This document shows positions 9,088-17,151 of a DNA stretch of 33,765 nucleotides, piece after piece. The notes under the pieces are model-generated. The model made no database searches and had not been told where the DNA came from. It saw only the letters and a list, made by a program, of their open reading frames with translations. The stretch is from contig JBGPXN010000036.1 of NCBI GenBank assembly GCA_041492755.1, forward strand, positions 1 to 33,765, in the 5' to 3' direction. Numbering within the stretch: the stretch's first letter is position 1; every line of letters begins with the position of its first letter. Origin of the DNA: Candidatus Methylomirabilia bacterium. Its GTDB lineage: Bacteria; Methylomirabilota; Methylomirabilia; Rokubacteriales; CSP1-6. The position numbers and the translations under genes are program-made.

Positions 9088-10155
9088 ATGGTCAAGCCCT
9101 ACACGGCCGTCGGCCTCATTCCCACCGTTCGCGGGATCCGCAAGCGCAAGGACATCAAGATCAACCTCGAGCACCTGCACCACCTGGTGAAGGCCGCGTC
9201 CTGGCTGTCCGCCCTCGACCTCCCGGTGCGCCTCATCGCGTTCCCGGAAGGCGCGCTGCAAGCGTTCAACGACGAGGTCCTCGATCTCGATCACGCGACG
9301 TTCGCGCGGGAGTGCGCGATCGACATCCCGGGTGAGGAAACGGAGGAGCTGGGCAAGATCGCGAAGGAGTACAACGCCTTCGTCATCGCCCAGGCCAAGG
9401 CGCGGCATCCCGACCTGCCGGACCGCTTCTTCAACGTCGGCTTCATCATCAACCCGCGCGGCAAGGTCATCCTGCAGCATTACAAGGTCTCGCCGCTCTT
9501 CCCCGTGGAGCACTCCGTGTGCCCGCACGACGTCTACGACTGGTGGGTCGAGAAGTACGGCCGCACCCTCGACGCCTTCTGGCCCGTCGCCGACACCGAG
9601 ATCGGCCGGCTCGGGATCATGATGGCCAACGAGGGCTCGTACCCGGAGAACGCGCGCGCGCTGGCCATGAACGGCGCCGAGGTCGTCTACCGCGCGTCGT
9701 ATCCGCATCCCGCCACCGGCAACGAGATCTTCGAGATCCAGAGCCGCGCCCGCGCGCTCGACAACAACATGTACATCGTCGCGCCCAACATGGGGACGTA
9801 CTACCTCTTCCCCGAAGAGACGACGCCGATCGACACCTTCGGTGGCCGGTCATTCATCATCGACTACAAGGGCCGCATCGTCGGCCGGCAGGACTACGGC
9901 GCCGGCTCCACCTACGTCGGCGGCGTGATCGACGTCGAGGCGCTGCGCGACCACCGCGCCCGCGCGCAGTGGGACAACTGGATGAAAGATCTGCGCACCG
10001 AGCTCTACCAGATCCTGTACGAGAAACCGATCTACCCCAAGAACCTCTATCTCAAGCGCGCGCCCATGAAGCACGCGGAGTACCGGGAGAAGGTCATCAA
10101 GCGCCAGATCCGGCTCATGCACGACCGCGGCATCTGGAAAAAGCCCGAGCGCTGA
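9088..10155 (+). CDS. Carbon-nitrogen hydrolase (nitrilase superfamily) protein, atypical nucleophile position
   Basis: LIAFPEG (Glu), FNVGFIINPRG, HYK (Lys), TEIGRLGIMMANE, PENARALAMNGAEVV, ARALDNN; SD aaggag, -10 TAGAAT at 9043-9048. Confidence 0.88.
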   Translation: MVKPYTAVGLIPTVRGIRKRKDIKINLEHLHHLVKAASWLSALDLPVRLIAFPEGALQAFNDEVLDLDHATFARECAIDIPGEETEELGKIAKEYNAFVIAQAKARHPDLPDRFFNVGFIINPRGKVILQHYKVSPLFPVEHSVCPHDVYDWWVEKYGRTLDAFWPVADTEIGRLGIMMANEGSYPENARALAMNGAEVVYRASYPHPATGNEIFEIQSRARALDNNMYIVAPNMGTYYLFPEETTPIDTFGGRSFIIDYKGRIVGRQDYGAGSTYVGGVIDVEALRDHRARAQWDNWMKDLRTELYQILYEKPIYPKNLYLKRAPMKHAEYREKVIKRQIRLMHDRGIWKKPER

Positions 10156-10162
10156 GGCGGCC

Positions 10163-10435
10163 ATGGACTGGCCGGCGTTCTTCTCGACCTTCGCGGCGAT
10201 CTTCGTCGCCGAAATGGGCGACAAGACCCAGCTCGCCACCCTGACCTTCGCGGCCGGCGCCCGCTCCCGCTGGATGGTCTTCGCCGCCTCGGCGCTGGCC
10301 CTGGTCGCGGCCTCGGCCATCGCGGTGCTGGCCGGCGAGGTCGTCAGCCGGCTGATCTCCCCGGCCGTGCTCCGGCGGGCCGCCGGCGTCGTCTTCATCG
10401 TCCTGGGCGTCATGTATCTCGTCGGCCGGGGCTGA
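10163..10435 (+). CDS. TMEM165/GDT1 (UPF0016) family protein, single-repeat half-size form
   Basis: AEMGDKTQLAT signature, three hydrophobic segments, 90 aa. Confidence 0.9.
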   Translation: MDWPAFFSTFAAIFVAEMGDKTQLATLTFAAGARSRWMVFAASALALVAASAIAVLAGEVVSRLISPAVLRRAAGVVFIVLGVMYLVGRG

Positions 10436-10466
10436 TCCGGGAGGGCGAGGGTCGCACGAGGACTGC

Positions 10467-10496
10467 TTGACGACCCGCTTTCGGTTCTTCTACTAT
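10467..10496 (+). promoter_or_regulatory. Sigma70-type promoter of the pqq operon
   Basis: TTGACG (10467-10472), 18-nt spacer, TACTAT (10491-10496); SD ggaggtga at 10513-10520. Confidence 0.7.
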
Positions 10497-10524
10497 TGCG
10501 AACATGCTGCCTGGAGGTGAGACG

Positions 10525-10620
10525 ATGACCTGGGAAGCCCCGACCTTCGAGGAAGTGAACATGTCGGCGGAAATCAACTCCTACCAGGACGACTTCGACC
10601 GGGAGCAGGACGACTTCTAG
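10525..10620 (+). CDS. pqqA: PQQ precursor peptide PqqA (31 aa)
   Basis: Manual translation MTWEAPTFEEVNMSAEINSYQDDFDREQDDF*; W..P leader and ExxxY core (EINSY); strong SD; directly upstream of pqqB; too short for the ORF track. Confidence 0.95.
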   Translation: MTWEAPTFEEVNMSAEINSYQDDFDREQDDF

Positions 10621-10649
10621 CTAACCGGCTCAGTCGTTCCAAGGTCGTC

Positions 10650-10678
10650 GCGCAGCCCTCCCTCCCGGAGGGCTGCGC
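10650..10678 (+). terminator. GC-rich stem-loop between pqqA and pqqB (attenuator or mRNA stabiliser)
   Basis: Perfect 12-bp stem gcgcagccctcc / ggagggctgcgc, 5-nt loop; weak U tract. Confidence 0.65.
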
Positions 10679-10714
10679 CGTCTCTGAGGGGTGCTCCGTT
10701 TCGGGAGGTGTGTC

Positions 10715-11632
10715 GTGCGGATCCGGGTATTGGGCTCGGCGGCGGGGGGAGGCTTCCCGCAGTGGAACTGCGGGTGCCCGAACTGCCGTGGCGTCCGGGA
10801 AGGCACGATCCGCGCCCGACCGCGCACGCAAGAGAGCGTCGCGGTCAGCGCCGATGGCCAGTCCTGGTTCCTGCTCAACGCCTCTCCGGAGATCCGCCAG
10901 CAGATCGAGAGTTTCCCCGCCCTCCACCCGCGCGGGCCACGACAGTCGCCCATCGGGGCCATCCTTTTGACCAACGCCGATCTCGACCACTGTCTTGGCC
11001 TGCTCTCGCTGCGTGAGTCCCACCCGCTCCTGGTGTACGCGACCGATCACGTCCGCCGCGGCTTCACGGAAGGCAACGTGCTCTACCGGACGCTCCAGCG
11101 ATTCCCCGAGCAAGTGACGTGGCGGACGCTCGAGCTCGGTCGCGAGATCGCGCTCACGAGTCCCGGGCGTCCGGGCGGTCTCCGCCTGGAGGCGATGGCC
11201 GTCCCCGGCAAGCCGCCCGTCCACCTCGAGGGCCTGAGCGCGCCGGCCGCCGAGGACAACGTGGGCTTCCGCATCATGGACGCCGGCACCGGCGGCGTCC
11301 TCGCCTACATCTCGAGCGTGGGGCAGATCACGCCGGCCGTGCGCAAGATCATGGACGGCGCGGACTGCGTGTTCTTCGACGGCACGTTCTGGTCGGCCGA
11401 CGAGCTTCCCGCCCAAGGCCTCGGCGACAAGCGCGCGCAGCAGATGGCCCACTGGCCGGTCGGCGGCTTCGACGGCAGCCTGGCCTCGTTCGCCGGCCTC
11501 GAGGTACCGCGGCGTATCTTCATCCACGTCAACAACACGAATCCGCTGTTGCGCGAGGACTCGCCCGAGCGCGCCGCCGCCGAGGCGGCCGGCTGGGAAG
11601 TCGCGTACGACGGGCTGGAGGTAACGCTGTGA
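10715..11632 (+). CDS. pqqB: PQQ biosynthesis protein PqqB
   Basis: VLGSAAGGGFPQWNCGCPNC, RTQES, LLNASP, FFDGTFW, HVNNTNP; GTG 10715 behind ggagg. Confidence 0.96.
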   Translation: MRIRVLGSAAGGGFPQWNCGCPNCRGVREGTIRARPRTQESVAVSADGQSWFLLNASPEIRQQIESFPALHPRGPRQSPIGAILLTNADLDHCLGLLSLRESHPLLVYATDHVRRGFTEGNVLYRTLQRFPEQVTWRTLELGREIALTSPGRPGGLRLEAMAVPGKPPVHLEGLSAPAAEDNVGFRIMDAGTGGVLAYISSVGQITPAVRKIMDGADCVFFDGTFWSADELPAQGLGDKRAQQMAHWPVGGFDGSLASFAGLEVPRRIFIHVNNTNPLLREDSPERAAAEAAGWEVAYDGLEVTL

Positions 11633-12366
11633 CCGCGGATGCCGTCCGCCCGCCACTGCCGCGCGACGAGTTCATCGACTGGCTCCGCCGCGAGGGCGAG
11701 AGCCGCTACCACGATCACCACCGCTACCACGCGCTGATGCACGAGGGAACGCTCACCAAGCTGCAGCTCCAGCAATGGGTGCTGAACCGCTACTACTACC
11801 AGACGCGCATCCCGATCAAGGACGCCATCATCCTGTCCAAGTCCGAGGACCCCGCGTTCCGCCGGATGTGGATCCACCGCATCCGCGATCACGACGGCGA
11901 CGAGCCCGGCGAGGGCGGCCTCGAGCTGTGGCTCCGGCTCGCGGAGGGCGTCGGCCTCGATCGTGAGGAAGTCGCGAGCTGCCGCTCCGTGCTGCCGGGG
12001 GTGCGCTTTGCCTGCGACGGGTACGTCCAGCTCGTGAGCGAGCGCACGCTGCTCGAAGCGGTCGCCTCGTCGCTCACCGAGTTCTTCGCGCCCGATCTCA
12101 TGTCCCGTCGGGTGCTCGCGTGGGAGAAGCACTACCCGTGGGTCAGCCCGGAGATGCTGGCGTATTTTCGCTCGCGCGTGCCCCGGGCCCGGCGCGACTC
12201 GGAGGAAGCGATCGACTTCGTGGTGCGCCACGCGGCCAACCACCAGCAGCAGGAGCAGTGCGTGGCCGCGCTGATCCGAAAGACCGAGATCCTCTGGCAC
12301 CTGCTCGACTGCACGTACGCCGCCTACGTCGAGCCGGCCTGGGGCCCGGGCGGGCGACGAGTGTGA
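11629..12366 (+). CDS. pqqC: Pyrroloquinoline-quinone synthase PqqC
   Basis: RYHDHH, WVLNRYYYQTRIPIKDA, RIRDHDG, VASSLTEFFAP, HYPWV; GTGA overlap with pqqB. Confidence 0.96.
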   Translation: MTADAVRPPLPRDEFIDWLRREGESRYHDHHRYHALMHEGTLTKLQLQQWVLNRYYYQTRIPIKDAIILSKSEDPAFRRMWIHRIRDHDGDEPGEGGLELWLRLAEGVGLDREEVASCRSVLPGVRFACDGYVQLVSERTLLEAVASSLTEFFAPDLMSRRVLAWEKHYPWVSPEMLAYFRSRVPRARRDSEEAIDFVVRHAANHQQQEQCVAALIRKTEILWHLLDCTYAAYVEPAWGPGGRRV

Positions 12367-12644
12367 TGCTGTCGACGGAGAGCCGTCCTCGCCTCGCCCG
12401 CAAGGCGCGCCTCCGCTTCGACCGCAAAACCGAGCGCTACATGCTCCTCTATCCCGAAAAGGGCATGGTCCTGAACTCCACCGGCGCCGACGTCCTCCAC
12501 CTCTGCACCGGCGACCACACCGTCGCCACCATCATCGAGCGGCTCACTGCCAAGTACGCACAGACGCCGTCCGCGGTTGAGCAGCAAGTCTTCGACTTTC
12601 TCCGGGCGATGGAAGATCGCGGCCTCGTAAGGATGGACGAATGA
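12366..12644 (+). CDS. pqqD: PQQ biosynthesis peptide chaperone PqqD
   Basis: RPRLARKARLRFDR...LLYPEKGMVLN..G..VL..C.G; TGATG overlap with pqqC. Confidence 0.93.
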   Translation: MLSTESRPRLARKARLRFDRKTERYMLLYPEKGMVLNSTGADVLHLCTGDHTVATIIERLTAKYAQTPSAVEQQVFDFLRAMEDRGLVRMDE

Positions 12645-13843
12645 GCGACGACACGCCGCTCCGAGCGCCGGCTCCGCCGGCGCAATCCGGGGGGGAGGCA
12701 GCGCAGCGGGCCGAAGGCCCGCGGAGCGTCGGAAGGGGGGCGCAGCCCCCCTCCGAGCTACGTCCGTACACGCTGGTGGCGGAGCTGACCTACAAGTGTC
12801 CGCTTCGATGCGTGTACTGCTCGAACCCGCTCGACTACGCCCGGCACGGCGACGAGCTCGATACCACGACGTGGCGCCGCGTGCTGGCCGAGGCCGAGCA
12901 GCTCGGCGTCGTGCAGGTCAACCTCACCGGCGGCGAGCCGCTCGTGCGCGACGACCTCGAGGCGTTGGTGGAAGAAGCGCGGCGCCTGGACCTCTACACG
13001 AACCTCATCACCAGCGGCATTCCCCTCACCCGCGCGCGCTTGCAGCGCCTGCGCGATCTCGGACTCGACAGCGTGCAGGTCTCCATCCAGGACGTCCGGG
13101 CCCCCGCCTCCGACCGGATCGCCGGGCTGCCGACGTTCACGCGAAAGATCGAGGTGGCCCGCTGGGTCAAGGCGCTCGAGCTGCCGCTGACGCTCAACAC
13201 CGTCCTTCACCGTGACAACGTCGACCGGGCCGACGAGGTCGTCGCGCTCGCGGAGGATCTCGGCGCCGATCGCCTCGAGCTGGCCAACACGCAATATCTC
13301 GGCTGGGCGTTGCTCAACCGCGCCGCGCTGCTGCCGACGCGAGAGCAGTTGGCACGCGCGCGAACGGTCGCGGCCGAGGCGCGCCGGCGGTTGCGCGGGC
13401 GCATGGAGATCCTCTTCGTCACGCCGGACTACTACGCGGAGCAGCCGAAGGCGTGCATGGACGGCTGGGGCCGGCGCTTCATCGTCGTGAGTCCGGATGG
13501 TCTCGTGCTCCCCTGCCACGCCGCGCATACCCTGCCCGGGCTCACGTTCGACAACGTCCGCACCCGGCCGCTCGCCGAGACCTGGGCGACGTCGGCGGCC
13601 TTCGGCGCCTTCCGCGGCGAAGCGTGGATGCCCGAACCGTGTCGGAGCTGCGACCAGCGCACGATCGACTTCGGTGGTTGTCGCTGCCAGGCGTATCACC
13701 TCACCGGGAACGCGGCCGCTACCGATCCCGTCTGCCGGCTGTCGCCCGACCACGCGTTGGTCGAGACGGCGCGCGCCACCGCCGGCGCCAGCGGCGAACG
13801 CGGGCTCCGGTACCGGACGGCGCGCATCGAGACAGCCGGATAG
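12641..13843 (+). CDS. pqqE: PqqA peptide cyclase PqqE (radical SAM/SPASM)
   Basis: AELTYKCPLRCVYCSNP, GGEPL, ELANTQYLGWA, CMDGWG, PCH, CRSC...GGCRCQA...DPVC. Confidence 0.96.
   Translation: MSDDTPLRAPAPPAQSGGEAAQRAEGPRSVGRGAQPPSELRPYTLVAELTYKCPLRCVYCSNPLDYARHGDELDTTTWRRVLAEAEQLGVVQVNLTGGEPLVRDDLEALVEEARRLDLYTNLITSGIPLTRARLQRLRDLGLDSVQVSIQDVRAPASDRIAGLPTFTRKIEVARWVKALELPLTLNTVLHRDNVDRADEVVALAEDLGADRLELANTQYLGWALLNRAALLPTREQLARARTVAAEARRRLRGRMEILFVTPDYYAEQPKACMDGWGRRFIVVSPDGLVLPCHAAHTLPGLTFDNVRTRPLAETWATSAAFGAFRGEAWMPEPCRSCDQRTIDFGGCRCQAYHLTGNAAATDPVCRLSPDHALVETARATAGASGERGLRYRTARIETAG
12659..12758. repeat. In-frame palindromic element in the 5' end of pqqE
   Basis: Three hairpins (12665-12683, 12706-12722, 12729-12756), flanked by ctccgagc at 12659-12666 and 12751-12758. 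Confidence 0.6.
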
Positions 13844-13941
13844 GCGCCGTGGCCCAACGTCAAGCGTCGGGGCCAACCACCTTATCGAGTGATGACCGAC
13901 AAGCTCGGCGGCGCTTCTCGCGACAGCGCCGCGGCTATCCA

Positions 13942-13970
13942 TTGACAGCGGCGGGGCCCCGTATTACGGT
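13942..13970 (+). promoter_or_regulatory. Sigma70-type promoter for the PQQ dehydrogenase
   Basis: TTGACA (13942-13947), 17-nt spacer, TACGGT (13965-13970). Confidence 0.65.
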
Positions 13971-14054
13971 CCCGGGCGCGGGGGGGACGGTCGGCGGGCC
14001 GTCCGGGCCTGCCGCGGCGAGCCGTTGACCACCGCCGAGGAGGAGGACAACGTC

Positions 14055-15308
14055 ATGGCTGACAGGGAAGCCACTTCAAACGTGCGCTCGCGAAGGGTGC
14101 GATACTCCACGCGCGTCGCGCTGGCCGTACTGCTGGCGCTCGGCACCACGCCCGTCGGGATGCCGGCGCCCGCCGACGCGCAGCAGGCGCCGCCCTCCTG
14201 GGCGCAGGGACGGCCGAAGGAGCTGGACAACTCCACCCTCGCTCCGGTGCCCCAGCCGCCGGCGCCCGCGCCGCTCGACAAGCTGCAGGTCGACAAGCTG
14301 AAGCTGCCGCCCGGCTTCAAGGCAACCGTCTGGGCGCACGGCATCCAGAACGCGCGCGTGATGGTGTGGGGCAGCAAGCCGAGCATCCTGTTCGTCAGCT
14401 CGCGCGTGGCCGGCAACGTCTACGCCGTGCTGGACAACGCCGGGAAGCGCGAGGTCAAGGTCATCGCCAAGGACCTGGAGATGCCGAACGGCATCGTGTT
14501 CAAGGACGGCACGCTCTACGTCGCCGCGGTGTCGCGAATCATCAAGTACGAGAACATCGAGGCCAACCTCGACAAGCCGCCGGCACCCAAGGTGGTGATC
14601 GATACGCTGCCCAAGGACCTGCCGCACGGCTGGAAGTACATGTCGCTGGGGCCGGATGGCAAGCTCTACTTCAACATCGGCGCGCCCGGCAACATCGTGA
14701 TGCCGCCCGAGACGCACGCGAACATCGTCCGGATCAACACGGACGGTAGTGGGCTGGAGTACGTGGCGCGCGGCGTACGCAACAGCGTGGGCCACGACTT
14801 CCACCCGGTGACGAAGGACCTCTACTTCACCGTCCACGGGCGTGACTGGCTCGGCGAGGACGTGCCGAACGACACGCTGCATCACGTCGTGAAGCCGGGC
14901 GCCCACTTCGGCTACCCGTACTGCCATCAGGGCGACATCCTGGATCCGGACTTCGGCAAGGGCCGGGCGTGCTCCGAGTTCAACGCCCCGCTCCTCAAAC
15001 TCGGGCCCCACGTGGCGCCGAACGGGATCAAGTTCTACACCGGCAACATGTTCCCGGCCGAGTACAAGAACCGCGCGTTCATCGCCCAGCGTGGCTCCTG
15101 GAACCGCACGCAGAAGAACGGCTACCGGGTGATGACGGTGGCGCTGCAGCCCGGCCAGCCGCCGAAGTACGAGCTCTTCCTCGAGGGCTTCGTGCAGGGC
15201 GGTCAGGTCTGGGGCCGGCCGAACTACATCCAATGGATGCCGGACGGCTCGATGCTGCTCTCCGACGACTACGCGGGCGCGATCTACCACATCACGTACT
15301 CGCGCTGA
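14055..15308 (+). CDS. Exported PQQ-dependent sugar dehydrogenase (glucose/L-sorbosone dehydrogenase family)
   Basis: Signal peptide ending ADA; LKLPPGF, PNGI.FKDG.LYV, HGWKY...GPDGKLYF, GVRNSVG, GYPYCH, RGSWNR, DGSMLLSDD; ATG 14055 behind ggaggagg. Confidence 0.9.
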   Translation: MADREATSNVRSRRVRYSTRVALAVLLALGTTPVGMPAPADAQQAPPSWAQGRPKELDNSTLAPVPQPPAPAPLDKLQVDKLKLPPGFKATVWAHGIQNARVMVWGSKPSILFVSSRVAGNVYAVLDNAGKREVKVIAKDLEMPNGIVFKDGTLYVAAVSRIIKYENIEANLDKPPAPKVVIDTLPKDLPHGWKYMSLGPDGKLYFNIGAPGNIVMPPETHANIVRINTDGSGLEYVARGVRNSVGHDFHPVTKDLYFTVHGRDWLGEDVPNDTLHHVVKPGAHFGYPYCHQGDILDPDFGKGRACSEFNAPLLKLGPHVAPNGIKFYTGNMFPAEYKNRAFIAQRGSWNRTQKNGYRVMTVALQPGQPPKYELFLEGFVQGGQVWGRPNYIQWMPDGSMLLSDDYAGAIYHITYSR

Positions 15309-15324
15309 AGGCTGACGCTCCGAC

Positions 15325-15352
15325 CGGCGCCTCCGCCCTCGCGGGGGCGCCG
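15325..15352 (+). terminator. Stem-loop downstream of the dehydrogenase
   Basis: cggcgcctccgc / gcgggggcgccg, 12-bp stem with one G-U pair; no U tract. Confidence 0.4.
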
Positions 15353-15406
15353 TCGCTCCCCCCGGCCCCCACCTCTGTCGCGACCGAGATGTAGGCTGTC
15401 ACCGAG

Positions 15407-16006
15407 ATGTGGAGTGTCGCGATCCTCGCCGTCGTCCTGACGTCGCTCGGGCTGGCGAGCGCCAGCCGCGCGGCGGATCCCGCCGCCGTCGCGAAGAAGG
15501 CGGAGACGTGCGTACCCTGTCACGGCCCCGACGGCAACTCGACGAATCCGCTGGCCCCGTCGCTGGCAGGCCAGCCCCCGCTCTACACCTACTTCCAGCT
15601 CATCCTGTTCAAGCTCGGCCGCCGGCAGGATCCGCAGATGTCGCCCTTCGCCGCGCTGATGAACGACGACGAGATGCGCGACTTTGCCGACTACTTCGCC
15701 GCCAAGCCGCCCAAAGGGTTCGGCGGCGCCGTCGATCCGGCGAAGGCGGACGCCGGCGCGAAAGTCTCGGCCACCCATCACTGCGGCTCCTGTCACACCC
15801 AGACGCTCGGCGGGCAGAATCACGTCCCACGGCTGACTGGACTGTCCTACGAGTACCTCGTGAACCACCTGACGGCGTTCAAGGCGCAGAAGCGCGCCGA
15901 GACCGACATGCACATGACCATGGCCGCGCAGCCGCTGACCGAGGACGACATCGAAAAGCTCGCGCACTTCCTGGTCGACTTCGGCGTGCGCTCGCTCTCC
16001 CGATAA
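15407..16006 (+). CDS. Diheme c-type cytochrome (c4/c553-like)
   Basis: Signal peptide; CVPCH and CGSCH; PSLAGQ and PRLTG; distal Met residues. Confidence 0.92.
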   Translation: MWSVAILAVVLTSLGLASASRAADPAAVAKKAETCVPCHGPDGNSTNPLAPSLAGQPPLYTYFQLILFKLGRRQDPQMSPFAALMNDDEMRDFADYFAAKPPKGFGGAVDPAKADAGAKVSATHHCGSCHTQTLGGQNHVPRLTGLSYEYLVNHLTAFKAQKRAETDMHMTMAAQPLTEDDIEKLAHFLVDFGVRSLSR

Positions 16007-16044
16007 TCAGCGGCCGATCGCGGTCTCAAAGGGCGCCCCCAACT

Positions 16045-16218
16045 CTATCTTCGGGTCAGGGCCCGGATGATCGCCACGACCACGACGGTCCCGCCGATGA
16101 CCAGCCAGATCGTGCCCTTCGGGAAGCGCAGCCACTCGACCACGGCCACCCCGACGGCGCCGGCGACGATCACGCCTCCCGCCAGCAGCATGCCCGTGCG
16201 CGCGCGCTCGTTCGCCAT
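16045..16218 (-). CDS. Small two-TM membrane protein (57 aa)
   Basis: MANERARTGMLLAGGVIVAGAVGVAVVEWLRFPKGTIWLVIGGTVVVVAIIRALTRR; fills the gap after GT9. Confidence 0.65.
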   Translation of the reverse strand: MANERARTGMLLAGGVIVAGAVGVAVVEWLRFPKGTIWLVIGGTVVVVAIIRALTRR

Positions 16219-16232
16219 CGCGTCTGAGGATA

Positions 16233-17150
16233 CTACCCGAGCATGGCGTCGACGTCGGCGAGGACGTGGGCGGCATCGCCCGGCACGACCGCGCCCGTCG
16301 TGACGATGCGCGCGCGCGCCGTCGGCGACCACGCCTGCCAGCGGACGTTCTCCGCGGCAAAGAGGGAGAGCGCCCGCGCCCCGACCGCGGCGGCGAGATG
16401 ACTCACGCCGGAATCGTTGCCCACGTACGCCGTCACGTGATGGAACGCGCCGGCCAGCTCCGGCAGTGACGGCTGCGCCAGCACGCCGCACCGGTGGGTG
16501 AGCAGTGCCTGCACCCCGGCGACGGCGTCGGCATCGGTCGGTCCCTCGTGAAGCAACACGTCCACTCCCGCCCCGGCCACCAGATGCTCCACGACGCGCG
16601 CGAAGCCGACGGCGGGCCAGCGCTTCGTCACGCCACCGGCGCCCGGATGGACGATCGCGAGCGGGCCGTGTGTCCACCCCGCGCGCGCCAGAGCCATGCG
16701 CCCGGCCTCGCGGACCGCCGCGGGCACGGCCACGGGCGTGCAGTCAGCGGGCTCGGCGTCGCCGACGGTCGCGAGAAGGTGCCGCCACACCAGCGTGCCG
16801 TCGCGCGGAACCGACGAGGCCACGACGACGTCCGGCGCCTGCGCGCGGAGCCGCCCCACGAAACCAGGATCGCGCGCGCCGAACCAGGACACCAGCCGGT
16901 TCACCCCGGTCAACGCCGGCATCGGCTGACCGCCCTCGCCTCCGTCGGTGAAGAGGACGTCGAGGCCCAGCGTTTCGAACGAACGGTGCGCGTCGACGAT
17001 CCCGAGCGCGGTGAGAAGCGCGCCGATCCGGGGCTGCGCGGCGAGCTCGAGGGACGCGTCCGGCCGCGCGCGGCGCAGGGCGCGCAGCGCCGGAATGGCG
17101 AGCAGGACGTCGCCGAGGGCGCCAGGGTGCAGGACGAGCGTGCGCGTCTC
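16233..17150 (-). CDS. Glycosyltransferase family 9 (heptosyltransferase-like); start codon uncertain
   Basis: LHPGALGDVLLAIPALRALR, VHPGAGGVTKRWP, YVGNDSGVSHLAAAVG. Confidence 0.88.
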   Translation of the reverse strand, partial: ETRTLVLHPGALGDVLLAIPALRALRRARPDASLELAAQPRIGALLTALGIVDAHRSFETLGLDVLFTDGGEGGQPMPALTGVNRLVSWFGARDPGFVGRLRAQAPDVVVASSVPRDGTLVWRHLLATVGDAEPADCTPVAVPAAVREAGRMALARAGWTHGPLAIVHPGAGGVTKRWPAVGFARVVEHLVAGAGVDVLLHEGPTDADAVAGVQALLTHRCGVLAQPSLPELAGAFHHVTAYVGNDSGVSHLAAAVGARALSLFAAENVRWQAWSPTARARIVTTGAVVPGDAAHVLADVDAMLG

Positions 17151-17151
17151 A

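Noticed and set aside
13844..14054. Riboswitch or ncRNA between pqqE and the dehydrogenase
   Set aside because: Only short GC-rich stems (e.g. gcggcgct/agcgccgc, ggacgg/ccgtcc), expected by chance at this GC content; no recognisable aptamer consensus
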